A stretch of 64,000 bases of DNA from Podarcis pityusensis (Eukaryota), in NCBI GenBank assembly GCA_964106645.2, contig OZ067047.1. One strand, given 5' to 3'. Below are positions 1 to 11,700 of the stretch, one piece after another. Each line of letters opens with the position of its first letter. The first letter of the stretch is position 1. The notes under the pieces were generated by a model, which was given only the letters and a program-made list of their open reading frames with translations, was not told the origin of the DNA and did no database searches. Made by a program: the position numbers and the translations under genes.

Positions 1-830
1 AAGACAGAGACATTGTTGGGTAGTTCTTGTGTTTGACTTGCTGCAGATGGAGTAGCACTCCCCCTGAAAGAACAAGTTCATAGTCTGGAGATTCTCCTGG
101 ATCCATCTCTGCACTGTAGGCTTAGGTGGTTTCTGTGGCAAGGATAGCCTAGTTCTAGCTATTGGCTGTTCTTTGACACAGATGGGTGATAGTTTAGAAC
201 ACTCTGATAACCTTCTGTCTCAATTATTATAGTGTGTGCTATGCAGGGTTGCCCTTGAAGATGGTCTAGAAATTGTAGCTTGTGCAGAAAGCAGATGATG
301 CTAGAGCAGGGGTCAGCAACCTTTTTCAGCCGTGGGCCGGTCCACCATCCCTTAGAGCATGTGGTGGGCCGGACTATTTTGGGGGGGGGGCGGGAGAAAT
401 GAACGAATTCCTATGCGCCATAAATAACTCAGAGATGCATTTTAAATAAAAGCACACATTCTACTCATGTAAAAACACCAGGCAGGCCCCACAAATAACC
501 CAGAGATGCATTTTAAATAAAAGGACACATTCTACTTATGTAAAAACACGTGGATTCCCAGACCGTCCGCAGGCCAGATTGAGAAGGCAATTGGGCCGGA
601 ACCAGCCCCCGGGACTACCCATGTGCTAGAGTACTTGTAGTACTTAGGTGTTCCATAGCATCTCTCCATTCTTGCGGAACCTATGCTACCTGCCTGTGCC
701 CAGTGTTCAAAACTAACCAGGCACCAGACATGTTTTGCAATTTGTGTGGGTCTAATCGCTACCACATGGAGATCTCCAGAGGCCAGGTTGGCAGTTGACA
801 TCTTCATCTGACTGGCCCCTCCATCTTTCT
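1..830 (+). mobile_element. Degraded L2-like LINE fragment, interrupted by a hAT MITE
   Basis: Resembles lizard L2 ORF2 3' region (gggttgcccttgaagatggtctagaaattgtagcttgtgcagaaagcag); boundaries approximate. Confidence 0.5.
307..623. mobile_element. hAT-type MITE with 8-bp TSD
   Basis: TSD tgctagag at 299-306 and 624-631; CAGGGGTCAGCAAC 5' end; internal ~58-bp duplication (422-479 and 493-550). Confidence 0.8.
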
Positions 831-844
831 TAAGCAGAATAGCT

Positions 845-1050
845 TATTTATTGCATTTATATCCCAACCTTTCTTCCAAGAAATATATGCTTTACCCCCA
901 CTTCAGTTAATTCCTACAACAACCCTGTGAGGTAGGTTCAGAGGCTGTGACTTGCCCAAGGTTACTCAGTGACCTTCATGACTGAGTGGGGATTTGAACC
1001 CTGGTTTCCCAGGTCCTAGTCCAACACTCTAACCGCTACACTACACTGGC
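845..1050 (-). mobile_element. tRNA-derived CORE/MIR-like squamate SINE
   Basis: acaaccctgtgaggtagg core; reverse B-box ggatttgaacc; A-box end; related partial copy at ~7840-7985. Confidence 0.7.
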
Positions 1051-1859
1051 TTCCTAGAGTACTTCTGCTATGGGGCAGCAGTATAAATAAAGTAGGTAAA
1101 TAAATATGGGGGAAGCAGGGAAAGATGATGCGCTCTCCACCGATGCGCAAGGTGACCCGGAATATAACCCACACACTATTGGGGGGTTGCCTGTATATTT
1201 ATTTTATTATAATAATTAAATTTATATACTGTCCCTCATCCGATGATATCGGGGCGGTTCACAAGATAAAAAAATACAGGACAAAAGTGTGCTGATGAAA
1301 AGTACGGTTACGTGAGTGCCTTGGCAGAGGGTGTGCTTTAATCTGTTGTAACCGTTGTAAGCTGAGAGAGATTCTCTATTTGTGGTTTCAAAGGAAATAT
1401 TTAACTGCCGTAAGATATTAACTCATTCATTTTGGGTAAACAGAGTATTCTAGAGTATTCAGTGTGGTGAAGTTTTCCATCTACATGGGCATAATGGCAA
1501 GCTTGAGGACTTCTGGTGGCTGCAGATCCTTTCACCTCCTCCTCTTCATTATAAGGTAGCCATGCTGCCCCCACCCTTAAAAAAGTGCATAGAGCTGAAG
1601 GAAGAGTGGTGTGTTCACACCATTTTCTTTCAGATCTACAGGCTATTTCTAATTGTGTCACTCAGCTGGTGGTAAAGCTTCATTCAACAGAATGAGAGGG
1701 AAGCACTGGATCTGGGAAGTGATTTTAAATCTTCAGTCTATCCAATATTGGCTTTAATTTTATGGTGGTACTGGGGTAACTCTTATGTAAAGTCATGGAA
1801 ATTTAGGGGACTCTATTATTCTACTGGATCTGATTTTTACCCTTATCTCATGGAAAAGC

Positions 1860-1886
1860 TGTGTGTGTGTGTGTGTGTGTGTGTGT
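1860..1886. repeat. (TG)n microsatellite
   Basis: Run of tg dinucleotides. Confidence 0.9.
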
Positions 1887-4800
1887 CTGTCTGTTTGTGT
1901 GTAGGGGCATGTGCATGCCCTAGCACATTTTCTTTCTGTCTTTGGGGTGTGTGTGAAGCAGTTAGAGAGCATGATGCCAAGGGCTCTCTCTCAAAATCCC
2001 AAATACACTCATTGATCCAAAGAGATTGGTGATCTCTCATCTGTATGTTGCATGCTATTGGGTTTTCTTGCCTAAACAATACCTGCATGGTGAACTTTGT
2101 GAAAAAAGAATGAAGCTTATATTAAAACTGGAGCTACCGCTTACAAAGTATGTTTAGAAATGTGTATTGTTCGGGGCTTCACTATTTACAAAGGGCTTTT
2201 TTCTAATTGTGTCACCCAGCTGGTGGTAAGGATTGATTCAGCAGAATGAGAGGAAACCAGTGTTCACCTCTTCCCCTCTGCACCCCTGTATTCTGCTTTG
2301 GAGTCCCCCAACACTTTGGAACAGATTGCCAAAAATGGCATCCCTCCCAATTGTGCTGAAGGAAACCTTGTCATCTGACTGGTACCATTGGATACAAACC
2401 AGAGGGTTTTAAGTAGATGGAAATTCAGTACTTTATTTTTAACTATTGTGTTCTATATAAAATACTTAAAATGGATGTGAGTACTCTTTTTGACTCTTTA
2501 GGCACCACTGCGCTCACAATAAAAATAAAAGTAAATCTCTCTTCCTTTTCTTTTTTAAAGACGTAAGGTTCCAATCCTAAACATAGCACTTAGGATTTCA
2601 CCACAGTGATGCTTAGTTCTGAGTAAACAACATATTTTGGATTATGCTGTAAATGTACCTCCTTTTAGCCAAGAAGCTACCAGTATTTTTGTCACCGCAG
2701 GATAATGTGGAGCATATGCTTTAATTAAAGTTAATTTTAAAAATTCCACAAGTCCTCAAAAGTCCATTTTAATATTGTCTGGAATTGATTTTAGATTAAG
2801 ACATTTCTGATTATACGTTCACACAGTACTTTGGTTAGGAACAGTTTTATGGTTAGGAAAGAAGTTACTGAAGAATTCGGAATGTTGCATTACCTATTGA
2901 AGACATTAAGTAATTCTGACTTGCCAGGTCCTACTTTTTAAAATGAATTATAACATTCACAGATCATTTATTGCTCAAATTATGGTTATTTTAATCTTAT
3001 GGAAACAAATTTTGTTCATACATACACCCCTAACAGTGAATATCCATTCCCTTAAACATCTATAATTATCCTAAGCATGGATGTTCAAGCCATTTGAGTA
3101 AACAAGACAGCATTGTTGCATTAGTTAACTGCTTTTAAATGCATTGTGTTTTACTAAGAGTGCCATATCAGTTGTTCTAGATACACTATATAAAGAAGGC
3201 AGACTCCTTGCTGTGATGCTACTTCGGATTTCTGCCAAGAAACAACAAGCATTGCTTGTTGGTGAACAAATCTCTGCCTCTTAGAGTGATTGTTTTAAAT
3301 TAGTTGGCAGTCCTGATTTAAACATAGCTCTGAAGGATCTTAATTTTCCCTTTGTACACTCTCTGTTACATCTCAGATTGCTTCTCAAATCTCAGAACTC
3401 TCATAACCTTAGGGAATTTTTAGCCGCAGAGTAGTGTTCATTTCATGTCTATCTCTCTTTACCCTACAACACAAAGAACTGGGGAAGTATAAAGGGAGAT
3501 GACCTATTTTAAAAGTATTTGTTTGCCATTATATTTTAGGGCCCCTGCTGTAATACATAGATCCCAAAGGGGCAGTTAGAGAGCTTTTTAGACGTTGAGG
3601 AATTCCAAGGAAAAACCCTGTGCAATACACTAAAGTTATAAATTCTGGCCCTCCATAATGTTGGTGTTCTTCAACAGTAGGTGAGATAAGTGAAAACTAC
3701 GTGGAGAAGTGACTGACAAGAGAGAAGCAAGTTAAGTAGTTCTTGGCTCTGGAGGACTTATAGTGGTTGCCTTTTAAAAAGGCTTAGTAATTGGCTTTTT
3801 ATATAAAATCTTATCTTTAAACCATTACAGTATACAATTTTGTTTTTGTTGTTAATGCTGAAACATTGTTTGTTTTGTGGAGGTTATTTTTCAATCCATT
3901 ATAGTTTCTCTCAAATATATACATATTTGGTCTTTACCATATTGCACTATGAAATGGCATAACATTACTTTGTGCTTATGTAACATGAGAAATTGTCACC
4001 ATGGGTTCAGCTCATAAACCTTACATTCAGACTTTAGACTTCTTCCTTGCTCATCTAAAGGTTGATCGTAGCAAAATGCACATAATGACTTGTATTATAG
4101 GAATTAATCATGGGAATTAAGCAATAAACAGTTTATTCCACAGTTTATTGTCTTATTGGAGGCAGTTCTTCTTTCACATGTTGCTAGTTGAATATTTGTT
4201 TTATTTGTTTACTTAGGTCTAATGCCTCAGTTGTACCAGTGTATCTGGAAATTTGGTTATGTAGCTACTGTTGGTTAAAAGTGAAATGAGGTTATTCAGT
4301 TTTTGCACAGTAAACACAGGAGGGAGAATGGAGTAGAAATGCACAAGGATCTTTTAGCTCCCTTTTAGGAGTTGGTTCACACAGTCATATTCATCACTAA
4401 GTACCTGCAGCATCAGTAGTCTGTTTGCCTGTGCGAATGAGTCATCTGATAGTGAAGTGAATGGCCCAGTGCTGACCAGTATGGCAATGAAATAGGCCTT
4501 TTCAGAGAGAAGTGGGTAGTTTCTGCATGCCCATAAAACAATCTGGGTATGCAGAAAAACAGTTAGAAAAAACAGAAGGTGAGAAGACTGATGACCTTGC
4601 ATGCATGTATATTGCAAGCCATTTGTGTGCCCTGTGGCCATTAGGTCAAAGGAAAACATGTGGCTTTCCACTTTCCATTAAGAGCAGTGTGGGGGACATG
4701 ATGGGCATGTGGCATTCTGCATATCAAGGTCATGAGGTAGAATAGTAGCTTCTCAGTACCAGTTTATGGGAATGATCTTGGATCATTATTACTATGAGAG

Positions 4801-5651
4801 CATTAACAGCCAAAGGATGGTATGTGTGTACATGGTGGAGGACCATGCATATGGCATTTTCCTTTGAATTTTTGCCTGAGCAAAGAGGAAAACCAACTGT
4901 TAAGTTTAAAGATCAGTTTGTATTTTGACTATCAGTAATGGTGAGGTGTAAGCTTAAAGGAAATCAGAAGCTCTGCAAATTCTCCTTCCAGTTTGCTTGC
5001 AGTTTTTTGGATTTATGCTGGTATATTAAATAATTTGTGTGGGAATCTAACTCAAAAATTGGATCATACTTTGACTTTAGACCCAAAGTGGACAGCCTGC
5101 AATTGATGATCAGGATTTTTTATTGCATTCATTTAATGCAGTCTACAAAATGTCTGTAAGCAACTTACAAATATATAAAATGCTGAATAGCTTTCTCAGT
5201 AATTTAAAACCAAATATATAGAATAAAATACAATAGAACAAAAATTTATAAAGGTTTTTATTTAACAAGAATAAAAATGACATATCGTACCCCATCCCAC
5301 TGAAAGAAGAATATCATGGATATAAATCATACTACACTATGCTCAAAGACTGAAAGCCTGAGCAAGCAGGAAAGCAGACATTGTTGGTGTGAGGTGTGTT
5401 TCCCTGGGGAGAATTTCCCACAAATGCGGAGCCTTTCTCTTTTTGCTACCCTCCGTACCCTCCAGTGACAGGCTTCTGGTTGATTTATATGGGAGGGCCG
5501 ACTCTTCAAGTTAGGTATTATATGGTGTTTTACATAGTATAGAGGTAGCCAGCATCTCTTTTCTATTGCAGAGGATTTGGCTTTTTTTTTTTTTTTTTTT
5601 TGTATAAAGCATATATTTAGGAATAACTTTTTAATTTTAAACTTTTAACAG

Positions 5652-5739
5652 AGAGAAGGAGCAAGAAAAGGAAGAACAGTTAATGGAAGACAAGAGAAGA
5701 AAGAAAGAGGATAAGAAAAAGAAGGAATCTACTCAGAAG
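5652..5739 (+). CDS. TNRC6B: TNRC6B exon 2 (88 nt; [29 protein letters not shown])
   Basis: ttttaacag|AGAGAAG...CAGAAG|gtaagc; in-frame ATG at 5683. Confidence 0.95.
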
Positions 5740-8700
5740 GTAAGCCAGGTATTTGTTTGATCATACTTTGTAAGGTCATCCATTTATAATAGTTGACCAG
5801 TGAGCATCAGGCACTGTGATTACTGCAACTACTATATTCTCACTCACCCATCCCAGCAATGCTGCATGTACATCTCAGCTCATCTTCTGTATTTTCTAGT
5901 TAGAATCCTTTTCCTTTAAAGCTAGAAGAGGATTTATCTTGAGGTTTGCATGCAATCATCTCAGCCATGCCATATTAAACATAGATCAGTGTTGATCGAG
6001 CTGTAAAAGCAGCTGGTTTCCTCTGTGTCGTTTATAACTTGGGTGCTTGTCTGGCAACAATTGCTGCTTTCTCAGACATGCAGGTGAGTAGCAAATTATA
6101 AGATTGCTTTAAATAAATCTATTTATGGATCCGAGAAGTGTTCCCAAGATGTATTTTACATTGGTAAGTGCGAGACCCTTTGTGCTTCTCTTAGCTTTCT
6201 TACTTGAGCACATGAATTGAAACTGCTTGGAGTGGTTCCCAAACTCCTGTGGCTGAGGTCCTGGGATTATTGACTCATACATTGCCTTCATTAAAGCACA
6301 TGCAGAAACAGCGTTTTGTCTACAGCCCATGTTGGGGGGGATTATTTTAATTTTTACACTTGTACCCCACATTTAAGAACATAGGAAGAGCCTTCTGGAT
6401 CAGACTAGTGGCCCATATAGACCAGCATCCTGTTCTCACAGTGGCCAACTCAATGCCTGTGCGTCCAATGGCATTCTCCCCCCTTATGCTTCCCAAAACT
6501 GGTAGTCAGAGGTTTGCTGCCACCAGCAATGGAGACAGAACATAATAGTCATCTTGGCTAGTAGCTTTTTATAGCTGTGTCCTCCAGGAATTTATCTAAT
6601 CTTTTTAAAGCCATCCAAGTTGGTGATCATCACTGCCTTCTATGGGAGCAGATTCCATGGCTTAACTATGCACTTGGGAACAAGTGCTGTCTTATTTTTG
6701 TTCCAAGTCTTCCAGCATTTGACTCCAATGGATGTTCACGAGTTCTAGTGTTATGAGAGAGAGAGAGAGAGTTTTTCTCTACTTTCTCTGCACCATGTAT
6801 AACTTTATATACCTTTAAACAAAAAAATCCAAAATGTTGTAACCTTTCTTTATAGTAGAGGTGCCCTTTCCTGAACCCTTTCCAACTCTATAATACACTT
6901 TTTGAGGTAAAATGACCCAGAACGGTACACAGTACAGTGGTACCTCGTGTTACAAATGCTTTGGGTTACAAACACTTTGGGTTACAAACTCTGCTAACCC
7001 GGAAGTAGTACCTTGGGTTGAGAACTTTGCCCCAAGATGAGAACGGACATTGCGCGCCGGCAGCAGCAGGAGGCCCCATTAGCAAAAGCATGCCTCAGGT
7101 TAAGAACAGTTTCGGGTTAAGAACAGATCTCCAGAACGAATTAAGTTCATAACCCGAGGTACCACTGTATTCCAAATGCATCACACTATAGATTTCAATA
7201 ATGGTATTATGATATTGACACTTTAGTTTTCAACCACTTTTCTGATGATTCCTAGCATAGAATTAACCATTTTCACAGCTGGCACACACAGTTAGCTGCT
7301 TCATCAAATTCTTCATTATGACCCATAGGTCTTGTTTCTGATCAGTCACCAACACTGCATGAACAAACATGTGAAATTTTACACTCGCTTACATTGAAAT
7401 GTATTTGCCATTTTACTGCCCGTTCACCCAGTTTGGCGATAACTTTTGGAGATCTTCACAATCCTTTTTGTTTTAATCACCTTCAACAATTTAGTATCAC
7501 CAGTAAAAATGATTACATCACTGCTTGTCCCTAGCTGTAGACTATGATCAAGTTAAATAACACATGTCTCAGTACTTATTCTTGGAGGACTCGATTTTCC
7601 ACATTTCCATCTTTCTGCTTCATGTTTCTTGTCAGTTACTGATCCATAAAGAGGACCTTGCTTCTTGTTCATGAAAGTATTTGTGAAGTACTTTGTCAAA
7701 AGCCTTTTGAAAGTCAAAGTTCATAATGTCAGCTGGATCACCTCTATCTGTATACTAGTTAGCAGTCTCAAATAACTATAAAAGGTTAGCGTGATGGAAG
7801 TTAACTTTGCATAAGCAGTTTCAGAAAGATTCTAGGGCACTTTCTTCCAAGAAGCTCAAGGCAGCATACACACTCTGCCCCCCCCCGCCTTAATTTTATC
7901 CTTACATTAACCCTGTGAGGTAAGTTAGGCTGGCACAACATAATTTAGTGAATTTCATGGATGAGTGGGGATTTGAACACACTAGTCACTTTCCCATGCT
8001 GTATTTATTACTATTACTGTTTAAATTTGTATAGTATATGGTTCTTCATCTGAAGATCACAGGATGCTTCATAACATAAAAATGCAAAATGAGAACACAA
8101 AATACATAAAAATCAAACAAACCAGTAATTCCAAAGACACATTTAAAAGGCCATATAATGTTTAATCAGCCTGAGGGCTAGTTTTAGAGAAACATTTCCA
8201 CCTGGCACCTAAAGATTTGTAATGAAGTTGCCAGGTGAGTTTCCTTGGGGAGCATATTCCACAAATGGGAAGCCACCCTAGAAAAGACCCATTCTTGTGT
8301 TGCTACCCTCCAGACCTCTTCTGGAGGGGGCACACACAAAATGGGCCTTAGATGATGTATCTCTTCAAGCAGCAGCATCTAAAAATTGTTGAGGCTTTTT
8401 CTCCTCTTGTTGGCCTACTTCCCCTGGACCTGATATGTCAGAACAATAGAATCTTCAGCCTTAGAAAAGCACTCATAAAGATTTGTTGTGGCTAATGATG
8501 TATATTTGAACAGGGCCTCTTAAATTCTGATGAGCAAAGACCTTTAAAGTAAAAATTGATGGCATTTTTACATCTTTTTATGTTGCTCTTTCTGGTTTAC
8601 TGTACAAAAAACTAGCTCTTAATTCCTCAGACCTATTAAATGTGAAGTTTGACGTAGGCAGGAATATTCAATACTGCCTGAAAAACCACCCATCTTTTTG

Positions 8701-11700
8701 ATCTAGATCTTCTTGATGAGCCAGGAGAGACAGAACATCGATTTAGCACCAACCCATTCTCTTTGAGATGACTGCAGAGACAGGAGGTGATTTCTAAGCA
8801 CTGTCACCTGGAGGCACAGGCGGGGCAAGGTGTTCCCATTAATAGTGTAATAACAAACCACCTTTTTTGCTGCTCACTGGCCTTCTACATCAGTGCTTTA
8901 TACTGTGGCTCTTTACAGATGTTAGCTTGCTGGTCCATAGGTACAGTACTCCATGTATGCAGTGTTGAAAATGGGCTATAGAAGTTTCAAACCATTATTG
9001 CGTATTTATCGCGTGGTACCTTAAGTCTTCAGAGATAACAGATCGGAATCAGAGCTTCCATTACGGCAGCTGTCAAAGGCACCTTAAGTCATAGAAATAA
9101 TAGAAACTTTTCAGTAACTTAGTGAGTCACTTTCCTGAGTGTCTTGGTGGTACTGGATCATTCCCCCCAGCCCTACTCCCAATCCTATGAAAATACAGCA
9201 CAGAGGATACAGGTACTGATTCTGTTGTCAGCCTTGGGAAATGGCATCTTGATTCTTTATATTGGATCTTCTTCACCAACCGAGTTTGCGCAGCTACTGG
9301 GGCGATGGAATAAAAGCTTTCCCACAATATCTTTGCTTATCTTTATTTTCAAATAATAATCAAACAGCTTCAAAACACCCCTTCTCACCACCTTTCCTCA
9401 ACAGTCCTTAACAGTATTCTATAACAGTATTCCTTAACAGTACACACTACACCATTTGATCAACTTAAATACAGGCTTCCCTCCTTCACCCCCCCCCCCC
9501 AAAAAAACTGATTTTCAGGGTCATGCTGCCTCTGAGCTTGGAGATGCTATTTAACTATAGTGACTGATAACTTCCATTATAATTTTCCTCTAGAAAGGGA
9601 TTAGACAAATGCATAAAGACATCTAAGCCACTGGCCATCTCTACGTATTATGACAGTGAATTCCATGTAACCTGTACTTTGTGTAAAGCCCTTCTTATTG
9701 TCTGCCCATAATCTATTTCCAGTCACTGGTAAGTGACCTCCCAAAATTAGTGTTATAAGAAAGATGACATTCTTTCCATTTTTCACTGTCTAGTTAATAA
9801 TTTTATGAATGACAGTCATGTCCCCCCTTAGTCTCCCCCCCCCTTTTTAAACCAAAAACCCATGGGATTGACAGGGGGACGGACAGGACAGTAGTGAGAG
9901 TCTTAACTCAGTAGTGGGGGGGGGGGCTTGCCCCTTGTGCTTCCTGAGCCACTATGCCACCAACCCAGGTTAAGAATCTGGACAAATCATACTCGCCTGG
10001 TAAGAACATGGCCACAGGATCAAACTTAGCAGCGCCTACTCTTGTCTGGGGTCTCCCTTTGTTCTGAAGTCCTCCTGAGTGAGTGAGTAGATGCCCCTTA
10101 CAGCCATTGTAATGTGAGCTTGCAGTCCCTCCTGCCTTGGGTAGGAAAGTGCAGGGAGGGTGCTGCTTGCCTGCATCCTCTTTTGGACAATTTCTCCCAG
10201 TATTGGAGAGGAAAATGTGTTGGCTTCTCAGACGGATTGGCACACTCTGCCCCAACCACTCTCCTGTGACTCTGTTAAATTAAAACAACAACAACAACAC
10301 CGTGCCAGCGTCTAGGGCAGGCACACACCAGTTACTGCTGCACAATTTCTTCCCACCGCTCTCTGAGCTTTTCTTTTGACTGCTTGGCCCCTTATGCCCT
10401 GTCTTGACTGAGGCCTTCCCACCCCCACCCCCACTTTCCTGTTAAGCAAACACAGTTGGTGGGTTGGAGTTGGGGCAGCGCAAAGGTGTGAATGGGTTTC
10501 CAGTAAAAATAAATAAAATAAAAGCAAAAGTAAAATACAAATTTATGCATCTGCCAAAACTGAGCACTATGTGAGCTCAGGAGAACCACGATCGTTCACT
10601 TGTGAGACAGGGCCAGTCTGGGGAGATCAGGGTGGTTCCTCCTCCAGGAAGCATCTTAAAGCATCCTGCATAACCCACCAGAGGGGAGGAGCCTTCGTCT
10701 TGAGCTATTTGAGGAGCGATGACTAGAACCTGTGTGTTCTCTTCAATACTTGTGCTAAAATTGGCCTCTCAAAGCGTTTTTATTTCTGGATTTGGAGCTC
10801 ATGTCTGCTTGCAGCCTTTTAGGGCCTGCTTCTTGAATGGTAAATAAACAGGAAGCACTCGTTAAAAAACGGGGTCCTATAGCCGTAATCTTTTGCTAAC
10901 TCTTTTAAGCCCCATTACTAACGTAAATCAGGCAGAGTTGTTTGTGGGCAGTCCTGTATCAAATAATAAGGTGAATTATACTGTGTTTTTCTCAGTTGGA
11001 ATGATGGACATGGGAAAAGAGGTGTTTTGCATGCATGCATGCACTGGCGGAGGAAGAGGGGTGCGGGGGGAACGCACTGCCCCAGGCAGCCTGATCCTGG
11101 TGGGGTGCCATTGCGGCTCCCCCCCCCCGCACGCACGCGCTGGGCACCACGCCGCCGCAGGCGGCACATCATGCCTCCCGGGACGTGCACCAACCACTCC
11201 CCCACCTGCTCTCCGCCCCCAGTGCCGGAGCATGAAGCTCCGCCACTGTTTGCATGTGTGTTTATTTTACAAGAGAGATTTGGCTAGGTTGGTGCAAACA
11301 ATAAACTCACATTGTACTATACTGCAACACTGCACCAACCACAATTATTTTAAGAAGAGATAGTTAAAACTCAACTATTTATTTTCCCCCCATTGTTGTG
11401 TAAAGTGTTCTTTACCAAAAGGTTCGAAGTTTATAATAACACAGAGTTTAAGGAAACTTCCTAGTCGTAGAAATCTTGAATAATTGTATTCAGAGTCTTG
11501 TTTTCTAAGCATTTTATTCACATTGGTTTGACTTACTGAAAAGCTTTTAGTGGCATTGTGTTTACCCTAGTCAGACTTTCAGCACAGTTTGTCCCTGAAA
11601 CATTTGTTGAGTTGTTGGAAATCTAATAGTGCTAGAATTTTTCACTTGTGACTATTCAGTGTTGGAAAGCCGTGGCGTATATGCTGCATTGAGGTAGCCC

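Noticed and set aside
422-550. Direct repeats resembling a CRISPR-like array
   Set aside because: Only two units, inside a hAT MITE, in a vertebrate genome
1295-1317. ATG AAA AGT ACG GTT AC|gtgagt, a phase-compatible candidate alternative first exon
   Set aside because: Abuts a LINE-tail remnant, has no promoter signature and does not match the known N-terminus; likely chance without RNA evidence
10601-10900. Possible solo LTR (TGTGAGA start, AATAAA near the end)
   Set aside because: No clear CA terminus or TSD; not supportable
10893-11363. Cluster of overlapping 85-156 aa ORFs in a CpG-rich patch resembling an internal promoter
   Set aside because: Explained by the hAT MITE at 11042-11248 (TIRs and TSD)
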